A DNA stretch of 25,685 bases from a virus (lineage: Duplodnaviria; Caudoviricetes): the IMG/VR virus record IMGVR_UViG_3300036779_000010, positions 1 through 25,685 of that record. The stretch is one strand, 5' to 3'. Below, piece after piece: positions 7,514 to 14,949 of the stretch. Below the pieces are notes generated by a model that made no database searches, was not told the origin of the DNA, and saw nothing but the letters and a program-made list of their open reading frames with translations. The position numbers and the translations under genes were made by a program. Every line of letters begins with the position of its first letter. Positions within the stretch are counted from its first letter, which is position 1.

Positions 7514-8046
7514 ACACTTCATTCAGCTTGCGCACGATGGTGATCGGCCTGCTGGTTGTGGCTCTGATTGTTGCGGGTAGGCTGGCATTTTACTTTCACG
7601 CAAACGCGGTAGAGGCTGGTGGAAAGATTGAGCAGCTACAAAGCGACAACAACCTCCAGACGAGCACCATTGCTTCCCAGGCATTTCAGCTCCAACGCGC
7701 CAACGCAATCAGCAGCGCAGCGAGCCAATACAGTATCAACACTGCCGCGGCCACCCAGGGGAAAGAAATTGAATACCGGACAATCCTCAAAAATCAGCCT
7801 ACGTGCGATCTGGCTGTGCCTGCCGCTATTGCTGGTGGGCTGCTCAACTACACGCACCGTTTACGTTCCCGCGCAATGTCAGCCGATACCGGCGACGCTG
7901 ACACAACCGGTACTGGCACCACTGCCTCCGGCACCCTGACATATTGCCAGGCGGTGCTGTGGATTGACCCGCTGCTGGCTGCGCTCGACAAGGCGAACAA
8001 CCAACTGCTGGAGATACGGCGGCTTGATGATGGTAGGCAGAAATGA
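7510..8046 (+). CDS. Rz: Inner-membrane spanin (Rz-like)
   Basis: N-terminal TM anchor, coiled-coil periplasmic domain, follows endolysin, contains a nested +1 lipoprotein ORF. Confidence 0.85.
   Translation: MNTSFSLRTMVIGLLVVALIVAGRLAFYFHANAVEAGGKIEQLQSDNNLQTSTIASQAFQLQRANAISSAASQYSINTAAATQGKEIEYRTILKNQPTCDLAVPAAIAGGLLNYTHRLRSRAMSADTGDADTTGTGTTASGTLTYCQAVLWIDPLLAALDKANNQLLEIRRLDDGRQK
7769..7939 (+). CDS. Rz1: Outer-membrane spanin lipoprotein (Rz1-like), nested in +1 frame
   Basis: TTG start after AGGGG; signal peptide LRAIWLCLPLLLVG|C, Pro-rich mature part CSTTRTVYVPAQCQPIPATLTQPVLAPLPPAP. Confidence 0.75.
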   Translation: MNTGQSSKISLRAIWLCLPLLLVGCSTTRTVYVPAQCQPIPATLTQPVLAPLPPAP

Positions 8047-8237
8047 CGGTACTTGATTTCATTTTGATGTGCATAGCATTTGGCTGGTTCGCATCACCTC
8101 CGCTGGTAATGCTGTTTGGACGAACCTGTTTCATTGGCCTGCATGAATGGGAAGATGAATGGGTTCAATCCAGCGATTTCGCACTCCCGAGGCCGCGCTC
8201 AAAGTGCGCCAGGTGCGGGAAGCTGCATGAAGATTGA
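8043..8237 (+). CDS. Small membrane-anchored protein with C/H...CxxC putative Zn site, 64 aa
   Basis: ATGA overlap with Rz stop; hydrophobic N-terminus then CFIGLHEW...CARCG (DUF1660-like pattern). Confidence 0.65.
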   Translation: MTVLDFILMCIAFGWFASPPLVMLFGRTCFIGLHEWEDEWVQSSDFALPRPRSKCARCGKLHED

Positions 8238-8246
8238 ATTTACAAA

Positions 8247-8285
8247 ATTCTGCAAAAGGCATTCACTGAGTGTCTTTTACAGAAT
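8247..8285. terminator. Long inverted repeat, possible bidirectional terminator or processing stem
   Basis: ATTCTGCAAAAGGCATTC-ACT-GAGTGTCTTTTACAGAAT. Confidence 0.5.
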
Positions 8286-8361
8286 AAATACGCTGAATTC
8301 CCATGACGCGGTCAACTGACGCTCCGGGATTATATCCAACCAACCAGCAGGAAACTCTAAA

Positions 8362-8607
8362 ATGGCTCAGTTAACGGTTGCGGTGGAATGCAAATACCCC
8401 ACCGACGAAGAAATCAACGCTGTGTTTAAGGCGGTAGAGGCTGAATTCCTTGGTCGCCCATTCACCGGGGAAAACGTAGCAGAATTTATGGAAGAGGTTA
8501 GATCACGTGTGCTGGCGATGGTTGAGGTAGTTGTAAGCAACACCACGCAAACCTGCATTGATGGTATCGACGGCGCAAGGATAACCAATCACCGATTTAA
8601 CGTATAG
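8362..8607 (+). CDS. Hypothetical protein, 81 aa
   Basis: SD AGGA, fills the gap before terS. Confidence 0.7.
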   Translation: MAQLTVAVECKYPTDEEINAVFKAVEAEFLGRPFTGENVAEFMEEVRSRVLAMVEVVVSNTTQTCIDGIDGARITNHRFNV

Positions 8608-8628
8608 GAAGATGACTAAGGAGTCGAA

Positions 8629-9198
8629 ATGACGCTGACAGAAGAACAGAAGGCGCTTTTCGATGCCCTGACCGCATTGCAGAAAAAATTCGTCACACAC
8701 CTGTTGAACGGTGCCAACCAGACCGAGGCATACCGAAAGGCTGGGGGCAGAGCAAAGGGCGACGGTGAGCGCTCCAAGGCGAACCAGATAGTAACAAATA
8801 GTAACGTCCAAGCCTTCCTTAAAGCTGTGCAATATGAGTCCGTGAGCGAAGCGATCATGTCGTATGAGGAAGCGATGGAGCGACTGACGACGATGGGGCG
8901 CGCGAGCATTCGTGACCTGGTGGAGTTCTCAGAGCACGACATGGGCAATGATGAAAACGGCCAGCCGATTATCCAGGCTGTGTGGCGATTCAGGGATTCA
9001 GTGAAGCAAACGCCTGAACTGCTCGATGCTATCGCGGAAATCACAGCCGGCAAGGAGGGCATCAAGTTGAAACTGCACGACGCGAAGTCTGCTATCAAAC
9101 AGTTGGCCGAGATGCGAGGCTGGGAAGCGCCGAAGAAAAACGAGCACACCATCAAAGGGCTGCCGTCGCTGGAAGATTTGTTTGGTACGAAAAAATGA
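8629..9198 (+). CDS. terS: Terminase small subunit
   Basis: LTALQKKFV...NQTEAYRKAG HTH-like N-terminus and IKLKLHDAKSAIKQLA C-terminal motif; SD AGGAG. Confidence 0.92.
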   Translation: MTLTEEQKALFDALTALQKKFVTHLLNGANQTEAYRKAGGRAKGDGERSKANQIVTNSNVQAFLKAVQYESVSEAIMSYEEAMERLTTMGRASIRDLVEFSEHDMGNDENGQPIIQAVWRFRDSVKQTPELLDAIAEITAGKEGIKLKLHDAKSAIKQLAEMRGWEAPKKNEHTIKGLPSLEDLFGTKK

Positions 9199-9233
9199 AT
9201 CCGGGACACGTGTAGCACGTCATAAAAACGGGT

Positions 9234-9261
9234 TTTTAACATAATGGTTCTTAAGCGAACT
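9234..9261 (-). other. XerC/XerD recombination site (dif/psi-like core), site A
   Basis: Minus strand AGTTCGCTTAA-GAACCA-TTATGTTAAAA, an 11-6-11 architecture. XerD arm is 10/11 and XerC arm 8/11 to E. coli dif (GGTGCGCATAA-TGTATA-TTATGTTAAAT). Confidence 0.8.
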
Positions 9262-9484
9262 TGTGCGTGAAATACTACTTTTCCCTTTATTCTTAGTCGC
9301 TTAAATCTCCTTCTCAACACGCCAAAAACATACGTCACGCACCATCATTATGGTGGTAACTGGCCTGCTTTATTGGTTTTCATCTCGTTCAAATAGTTTG
9401 TTGATAAACATTGCTTCGTCACTCTGATTTTCAGCGTGGCGCATTTTTGCTGCGTTGCGCGCGGTCATTCATCAGGATAGCCAA

Positions 9485-10855
9485 ATGTCAGAGTTAAACC
9501 CAATATTCAGGCCGTTCATTGGGCCGTCACGGTACAAAGCGGCATGGGGCGGCCGTGGAAGTGGTAAAAGCTGGTCTATGGCCCGACTCCTGGTTGAGAT
9601 AGCGCGGCGCGGGCAATATCGATTCCTGTGCGCACGTGAGTTGCAGAACAGTATCAGTGACTCGGTGATCCGCCTGCTTGATGACACGATATGCCGTGAA
9701 GGGTACCAGGCCGAGTTTGAGGTACAACGGTATGCTATCCGCCACCTGGTGACCGGTGCCGAGTTTATGTTCTACGGCATCAAGAACAACCCGACCAAAA
9801 TAAAATCACTCGAAGGCATCGATATTTGCTGGGTAGAGGAAGCCGAAGCAGTAACCAAAGAATCATGGGATATCCTGATCCCCACTATCCGTAAACCTGG
9901 CTCTGAAATCTGGGTAAGCTTCAACCCGAAAAACATTCTGGACGACACCTACCAGCGCTTCATTGCCAACCCGCCAGGTGATTGCATATCGCTTAAGGTT
10001 AACTGGTCAGATAATCCGTGGTTCCCCGAGGTGCTTCGCGCCGAAATGGAGGAATGCAAAGAACGAGATTACGACCTCTACCGGCATATCTGGGAAGGTG
10101 AGCCGGTAGCCGACTCGGAGCTGGCCATCATCAAGCCATCGTGGATTGAGGCAGCCGTTGATGCGCATATCGCCTTGGGCTTTGATACGGCCGGGGAAAA
10201 GCGCGTTGGGTTTGACGTGGCTGATGAAGGCGAGGACTGCAACGCACTCTGTTATGCCTACGGTTCGGTCGTGCTCGACATGGATGACTGGAACAAGGGT
10301 GATGTCATCGACTCATCCAACAGGGTGAACACCTATGCAGCAGAACGCGGCATTAACACCATTATTTATGATTCGATTGGCGTGGGTGCGGGCGTAAAGG
10401 CGCATCTCAAGCGAGTGGCATCCATCAACGTCAAAGGGTTTAACGCCGGAGAGGCCGTCAAAGACCCGGACGACATCTACATGCCAGGGAAGACCAACAA
10501 GGACATGTTCTCAAACATCAAGGCGCAGGCCTGGTGGGGAGTGCGTGACCGTTTCTATAAAACGTGGCGGTGCCTGGAGGCCAGAAAGCAGGATCCGCAT
10601 GTGGCTCTGCCTTATCCAGCGGATGAGTTAATCAGCCTGTCAAAGGCGCACATCAAAAAACTGGAATTCCTCAAGGCGGAGCTGTCCCGGCCCCGCGTCG
10701 ATTATGACAATAACGGGCGTGTGAAGGTTGAGAGCAAAAAGGACATGAAGAAGCGCGGCATACCGTCGCCGAACATGGCTGATGCGCTGATTATGGCGTT
10801 TGCACCAACAGACCGCGCCTTGGATATCTGGGCCTTACTGGGCAGGAGCGTGTAA
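9485..10855 (+). CDS. terL: Terminase large subunit (PBSX/SPP1-like, headful type)
   Basis: Walker [18 protein letters not shown], Walker B CWVEEAE, SFNP, nuclease GFDVAD and SPNMADAL; ATG 9485 after AGGA. Confidence 0.96.
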   Translation: MSELNPIFRPFIGPSRYKAAWGGRGSGKSWSMARLLVEIARRGQYRFLCARELQNSISDSVIRLLDDTICREGYQAEFEVQRYAIRHLVTGAEFMFYGIKNNPTKIKSLEGIDICWVEEAEAVTKESWDILIPTIRKPGSEIWVSFNPKNILDDTYQRFIANPPGDCISLKVNWSDNPWFPEVLRAEMEECKERDYDLYRHIWEGEPVADSELAIIKPSWIEAAVDAHIALGFDTAGEKRVGFDVADEGEDCNALCYAYGSVVLDMDDWNKGDVIDSSNRVNTYAAERGINTIIYDSIGVGAGVKAHLKRVASINVKGFNAGEAVKDPDDIYMPGKTNKDMFSNIKAQAWWGVRDRFYKTWRCLEARKQDPHVALPYPADELISLSKAHIKKLEFLKAELSRPRVDYDNNGRVKVESKKDMKKRGIPSPNMADALIMAFAPTDRALDIWALLGRSV

Positions 10856-12351
10856 TGTCACGAAAAAGCCGCGCCCGAGGGAAGGCGCAGAACAAAACAG
10901 TAAGTCATCGTACCGTCGATGGTTACGAGAACCTGACCGCGCGCCTGGGCATCCAAACGCCCAACCTGAGTAGCGACGGGACTTACTTTCCCAACTTCAC
11001 ATCACGCAATCGCACGCTGCTGGAGTTTGCCTACCGCTCATCCTGGCTGATTGGTGCCGCAGTAGACACCATTGCCGACGACATGACAAAGAAAGGCGTC
11101 AATATCACGACGCAGATGGAGCCAGAGGCGAAAGGTAGACTCGAAGGGCGCTGGGAAGAGTTGGCGCTGTGGGATGCCCTGAATGACACCATCAAATGGT
11201 CACGGCTTTATGGTGGAGCGCTGGGTGTCATTATGATCGACGGTCAGGACATGAGCACGCCGCTGCGCATGGAAACCATCGGGCGCGATGCTTTCAAAGG
11301 GGTGTTGCCGCTCGACCGCTGGATGCTGAACCAGACCATTACCGACGTGATTACCGACCTCGGCCCCGACCTGGGAAAGCCAAAATATTACGAAGTGGTG
11401 GGAACCTCGCAAGGTATTCCCGGATGGAAAATACACCATAGCCGCGTGATCCGGATGGATGGCATAGGACTGCCATATCAGCAGGCCTATACCGAAAATG
11501 GCTGGGGAATGTCAGTCGTTGAGCGTATTTATGACCGGCTGCTGGCCTATGACAGTTCAAGCACTGGCGCCGCTCAGCTGATCCACAAAGCACACCTACG
11601 TACCTATAGCATCGAAAGGCTGCGAGAAATCCTTGGCCTTGGTGGCGAACTAGAAGCGGGGCTGATGAAGCACCTCGACATGATCCGGCTGTTCCAGTCC
11701 ATTGAAGGCATGACCATCATGGACAGCAAGGACAAGTTTGAAACGCACTCCTATTCGTTCAGCGGGTTGTCTGACGTGCTGGCGCAGTTTGCACAGCAGA
11801 TCTCTGGTGCGTCGGGTATCCCGCTGGTTCGCCTGTTCGGGCAATCGCCGGCAGGGTTTTCGACAGGCGATACTGACCTGGCCAACTACTACGACAACGT
11901 GGGCACGCTGCAGGTACGCCGACTGCGCCGCCCGATCCGCCGGTTGTTCGAGGTTCTGCACCGTTCAGAGTTCGGCACGCCGCTACCGGATGATTTTGCC
12001 TTCGAGTTTAACCCGTTGTGGCAGATGTCTGAAACCGACAGGGCTACCGTGGCGTTGAATACTGTGGATGCGCTGAATAAGGCGGTAGAAGGCGATTTAA
12101 TGCCGCTGCATGTTGCACGTGCTGAGCTGCGGGATTCTGCCAAAGTGACTGGCATAGGTTCGAATATCAGCGACGAGGATATTGAGGATGCGAAAGACAT
12201 CGACCCGCCAACGCTCGGCGATATCGACCCGGCTGACCTCGAAGCGGGAGGAAAGGGCTTACGCGGGACAGCTACGAAAGATAGCGCAAGCCGTGGGCGA
12301 CATCGTCAATGGTACTTACGATGGTTCGGATCTATCGGCAACGGCCGTTGA
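10855..12351 (+). CDS. Portal protein (DUF1073-type)
   Basis: Directly after terL; YRSSW...VDTIADDMTKKG, HHSRVI, GIPLVRLFGQSPAGF, NYYD and FEFNPLWQMSE motifs. Confidence 0.92.
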   Translation: MSRKSRARGKAQNKTVSHRTVDGYENLTARLGIQTPNLSSDGTYFPNFTSRNRTLLEFAYRSSWLIGAAVDTIADDMTKKGVNITTQMEPEAKGRLEGRWEELALWDALNDTIKWSRLYGGALGVIMIDGQDMSTPLRMETIGRDAFKGVLPLDRWMLNQTITDVITDLGPDLGKPKYYEVVGTSQGIPGWKIHHSRVIRMDGIGLPYQQAYTENGWGMSVVERIYDRLLAYDSSSTGAAQLIHKAHLRTYSIERLREILGLGGELEAGLMKHLDMIRLFQSIEGMTIMDSKDKFETHSYSFSGLSDVLAQFAQQISGASGIPLVRLFGQSPAGFSTGDTDLANYYDNVGTLQVRRLRRPIRRLFEVLHRSEFGTPLPDDFAFEFNPLWQMSETDRATVALNTVDALNKAVEGDLMPLHVARAELRDSAKVTGIGSNISDEDIEDAKDIDPPTLGDIDPADLEAGGKGLRGTATKDSASRGRHRQWYLRWFGSIGNGR

Positions 12352-12943
12352 GGTCAGTCTGCGCAGGTACGCCGAACTGATAACCCCCTGGGCTGAGTCC
12401 GTGGCCGCCAAGATGTTCGACGGTGTTGCACGTCAGGAGGCGACGCAGTGGCGCCAGGTGTCGGAGGAAATCTCTGCTGGATTACGTTTCCAGATGGAAA
12501 ATACCTCGATCGGACAGGTGGCGCGAAACATCGTTGAAGAGAATATCAAGCTGATGAAATCTCTTCCCCTGCAGGCCGCTGACAGGGTTATGGAAATCCA
12601 GTCAAAGGCGATAGACGCAATGATTGCAGGCGGGCGCAGCAAAGCGCTAGCAGACGAAATCTATCGTTCTGGCGACGTAGCAAAATCGCGCGCCAGGCTA
12701 ATTGCTCGCACCGAGATTGGACGGGCCACACAGGCGCTGACGCAGGCACGCGCAACGGCCGTGGGTTCCGAGGGGTATATCTGGCGAACGGCTCATGATG
12801 GTGACGTGCGTCACTCTCACGCCAAAATGGAAGGCAAGTTCGTACGCTGGGAAAGCCCGCCAACGTTAGACGGCATGACTGGCCACGCCGGCGCGTTGCC
12901 GAACTGCCGTTGTTACTGTGAAGTGGTTATTCCTGAAAAGTGA
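12188..12943 (+). CDS. Head morphogenesis protein (SPP1 gp7 / Mu F-like)
   Basis: RARLIARTE, YIWRTAHDGDVRHSH, GHAGALPNCRC; start uncertain (TTG 12182 or ATG 12188); overlaps the portal 3' end. Confidence 0.92.
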   Translation: MRKTSTRQRSAISTRLTSKREERAYAGQLRKIAQAVGDIVNGTYDGSDLSATAVEVSLRRYAELITPWAESVAAKMFDGVARQEATQWRQVSEEISAGLRFQMENTSIGQVARNIVEENIKLMKSLPLQAADRVMEIQSKAIDAMIAGGRSKALADEIYRSGDVAKSRARLIARTEIGRATQALTQARATAVGSEGYIWRTAHDGDVRHSHAKMEGKFVRWESPPTLDGMTGHAGALPNCRCYCEVVIPEK

Positions 12944-13094
12944 GCAAAATAGACGTTAAAGGGGCAGATCATCACCAATAGCAATAGAGGCGATTTGTTG
13001 CAAAAATGTTGTTCTCGAAAACCGGCCATTTCAGCCGAGTTAATTACCGCTTTCGCGCCTTTAAGGTGACATTTTAACTTGGGGCGATCGGCGC

Positions 13095-13122
13095 GGTACG
13101 CGAAACGGTCATTATGTTAAAA
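13095..13122 (+). other. XerC/XerD recombination site (dif/psi-like core), site B
   Basis: GGTACGCGAAA-CGGTCA-TTATGTTAAAA. XerD arm is identical to site A; XerC arm is 8/11 to dif and 9/11 to pSC101 psi (GGTGCGCGCAA, recalled); inverted relative to site A. Confidence 0.82.
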
Positions 13123-13151
13123 ACCCCTCAAATTCGATAATTAATCAGGCT

Positions 13152-13171
13152 GCCACTCGGTGGCTTTTTTT
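13152..13171 (+). terminator. Intrinsic terminator
   Basis: GCCAC-TCG-GTGGC followed by TTTTTTT, just outside Xer site B. Confidence 0.75.
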
Positions 13172-13196
13172 ATGCCCGCGAGTCAGCAGGTGAACA

Positions 13197-14438
13197 ATGA
13201 AATATTTCTTTAAAACCCGACTGGGTGAAACACGTTACCTGTTAGCCGACGGCTCTCTATTGTGCGAGGGCGTACCCATAGCACGAACGGGAAGCCAGCT
13301 GTATGCCGCTGATGACCTGCCCGATATCGAGCCGGATGCAGACGGTGAAATAGTCGTCACCCGAAGCCCTGAGCAGGTATTCAGCGCAAAGTCGATCGCC
13401 TCATTCGAAGGCATGACAGTTGTCATTTTGCACCCCGAGGATGCGGCCGGTGACATCCTGTTCGTTGACCCAACCAACTGGCAGGGGCTGGCGCAGGGAC
13501 ATGCGCAAAACGTTCGTCGGGGCACGGGCGATCAGGCCGATTTGTTGCTGGCTGATCTCATCATCAAGAACGAAGCCGCTATCCGGGCCATTAACGCCGG
13601 CTTGCGGGAAATTTCATGCGGCTACGACGCGGACTATGAGCAGACCGATGTCGGGAAAGCAGACCAAATCAACATTGTTGGTAACCACATCGCGCTTGTT
13701 CCTGATGGGCGGGCCGGTAAACGCTGTTCAATCGGAGATAGCAAAAATATGGCATCAAAAAATAAAGGCTGGTTTGCCAAGCTCAAACGAGCAATCAAAA
13801 CCAACGACGCGGCCACCGCTGAGGAACTGATGGATAACGCGCCGGATACGTTAACCGGTGACGACGATCTGGATGATACCCCGACCATTGTCGTTAAGGT
13901 GGAAGGGCCAGACGCAGCGCTGCCAGTGAAAGAACTCACCGGCGATGAGGCCGGAAGCGTGGAGGAACGTCTGGGCGCTTTGGAAACGATGGTGAAAACC
14001 CTGATTGAGAAATTAACCCCGGCATCCCCTACGGGCGATGAGAGCACTACCGAAGAAGATGATCGCGAAGAGAAGAAACTGACCGGTGACTCAGCCTATC
14101 ACCAGGACGTTTCGGCCCGTGCAGAGCTTATTCTTCCAGGCTTCTCTATGCCGGAAGGGGCAAAGCTGGGCACGCTGAAACGCCAGGTGCTGGGTGCTGC
14201 CTACAAAACCACCGACGGTAAATCGTTGATCTCGCCGCTGGCGGGAACCAATACCGATTTCATGAAGCTGCCTATTGCAACCGTTGACAGCATCTTTAAC
14301 GGCGCCAGTGAAATTGCCCGGGTGCGCAATAACGCCAAGCAAAGTGTTTTCTCGCTCAACATGACTGAGCACGCCAATAGCATCGCTGACCTGAATACGG
14401 CGAAGCGTGATTTCTGGAACAATAAAGGGGCCAAATAA
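13197..14438 (+). CDS. Prohead protease/scaffold (DUF2213-type)
   Basis: GSLLCEGVPIARTG, SFEGMTVVILHP, REISCGYDADY, NHIALVPDGRAG, followed by an acidic scaffold-like C-terminus. Confidence 0.88.
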   Translation: MKYFFKTRLGETRYLLADGSLLCEGVPIARTGSQLYAADDLPDIEPDADGEIVVTRSPEQVFSAKSIASFEGMTVVILHPEDAAGDILFVDPTNWQGLAQGHAQNVRRGTGDQADLLLADLIIKNEAAIRAINAGLREISCGYDADYEQTDVGKADQINIVGNHIALVPDGRAGKRCSIGDSKNMASKNKGWFAKLKRAIKTNDAATAEELMDNAPDTLTGDDDLDDTPTIVVKVEGPDAALPVKELTGDEAGSVEERLGALETMVKTLIEKLTPASPTGDESTTEEDDREEKKLTGDSAYHQDVSARAELILPGFSMPEGAKLGTLKRQVLGAAYKTTDGKSLISPLAGTNTDFMKLPIATVDSIFNGASEIARVRNNAKQSVFSLNMTEHANSIADLNTAKRDFWNNKGAK

Positions 14439-14935
14439 TGACCGGTTCATCCATTCTTTTCACACCCGATTTTGGTTATGCGGGCGCGGTCACTCGCCCC
14501 TCTCATTCCACCATCGAGCCCGTAGTAATGAACACCGACAAGCCTTTCGCTGGTGACGGCCTGATGGGCAAAAAAGTTGGCGGCAAGTTTGTACCACTTG
14601 AAGAAGATGATGCCGCTACCGCGTTCTTCGGCATCCGGGTGCGCTCTTATCCGTTCATGTCGGACAGCGATCTGGCGCGTCAGTTGTCTGTTCCTTACAA
14701 CCACACCGGTGATGCGCTGGTGCGCGGTTATATCTCGGTGAAGGTCAATGCTGGAACGGTCGCCGATAACGGTCCCGTGTTCGTGCGAGTGAAGGCGGGC
14801 ACTGAGGCCAAGCCCATCGGTGGCTTCGAAGCTGTTGCCGATGCCACAGCGGAAAACACCGTTCAATTGACCAACGCTCGCTTCATTGGCGCAGCTGATG
14901 CCAAAGGCGTCGCTGAAATTGCCTACAACATTTAA
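14438..14935 (+). CDS. Head decoration/cement protein
   Basis: Position between protease and capsid; GIRVRSYP...RGYISVK...AEIAYNI beta-rich pattern. Confidence 0.75.
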   Translation: MTGSSILFTPDFGYAGAVTRPSHSTIEPVVMNTDKPFAGDGLMGKKVGGKFVPLEEDDAATAFFGIRVRSYPFMSDSDLARQLSVPYNHTGDALVRGYISVKVNAGTVADNGPVFVRVKAGTEAKPIGGFEAVADATAENTVQLTNARFIGAADAKGVAEIAYNI

Positions 14936-14949
14936 GGAAAGCACTCTCT

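Noticed and set aside
8616-9338. 240-aa minus-strand ORF spanning terS and Xer site A
   Set aside because: Antisense shadow of terS with no recognisable motif; not a recombinase.
10855-12351. Possible anti-CBASS (Acb1-like) label sometimes attached to DUF1073 proteins
   Set aside because: No appended phosphodiesterase domain with paired HxT motifs seen; size and position indicate a plain portal.
12188-12943. MuF polymorphic toxin
   Set aside because: Protein ends right after the NCRC motif; no C-terminal toxin extension or immunity gene.
9234-13122. Xer sites as the chromosomal dif or prophage attL/attR
   Set aside because: They are internal to the late operon, inverted, and lack the dif spacer TGTATA; integration would leave directly repeated sites at the prophage ends.
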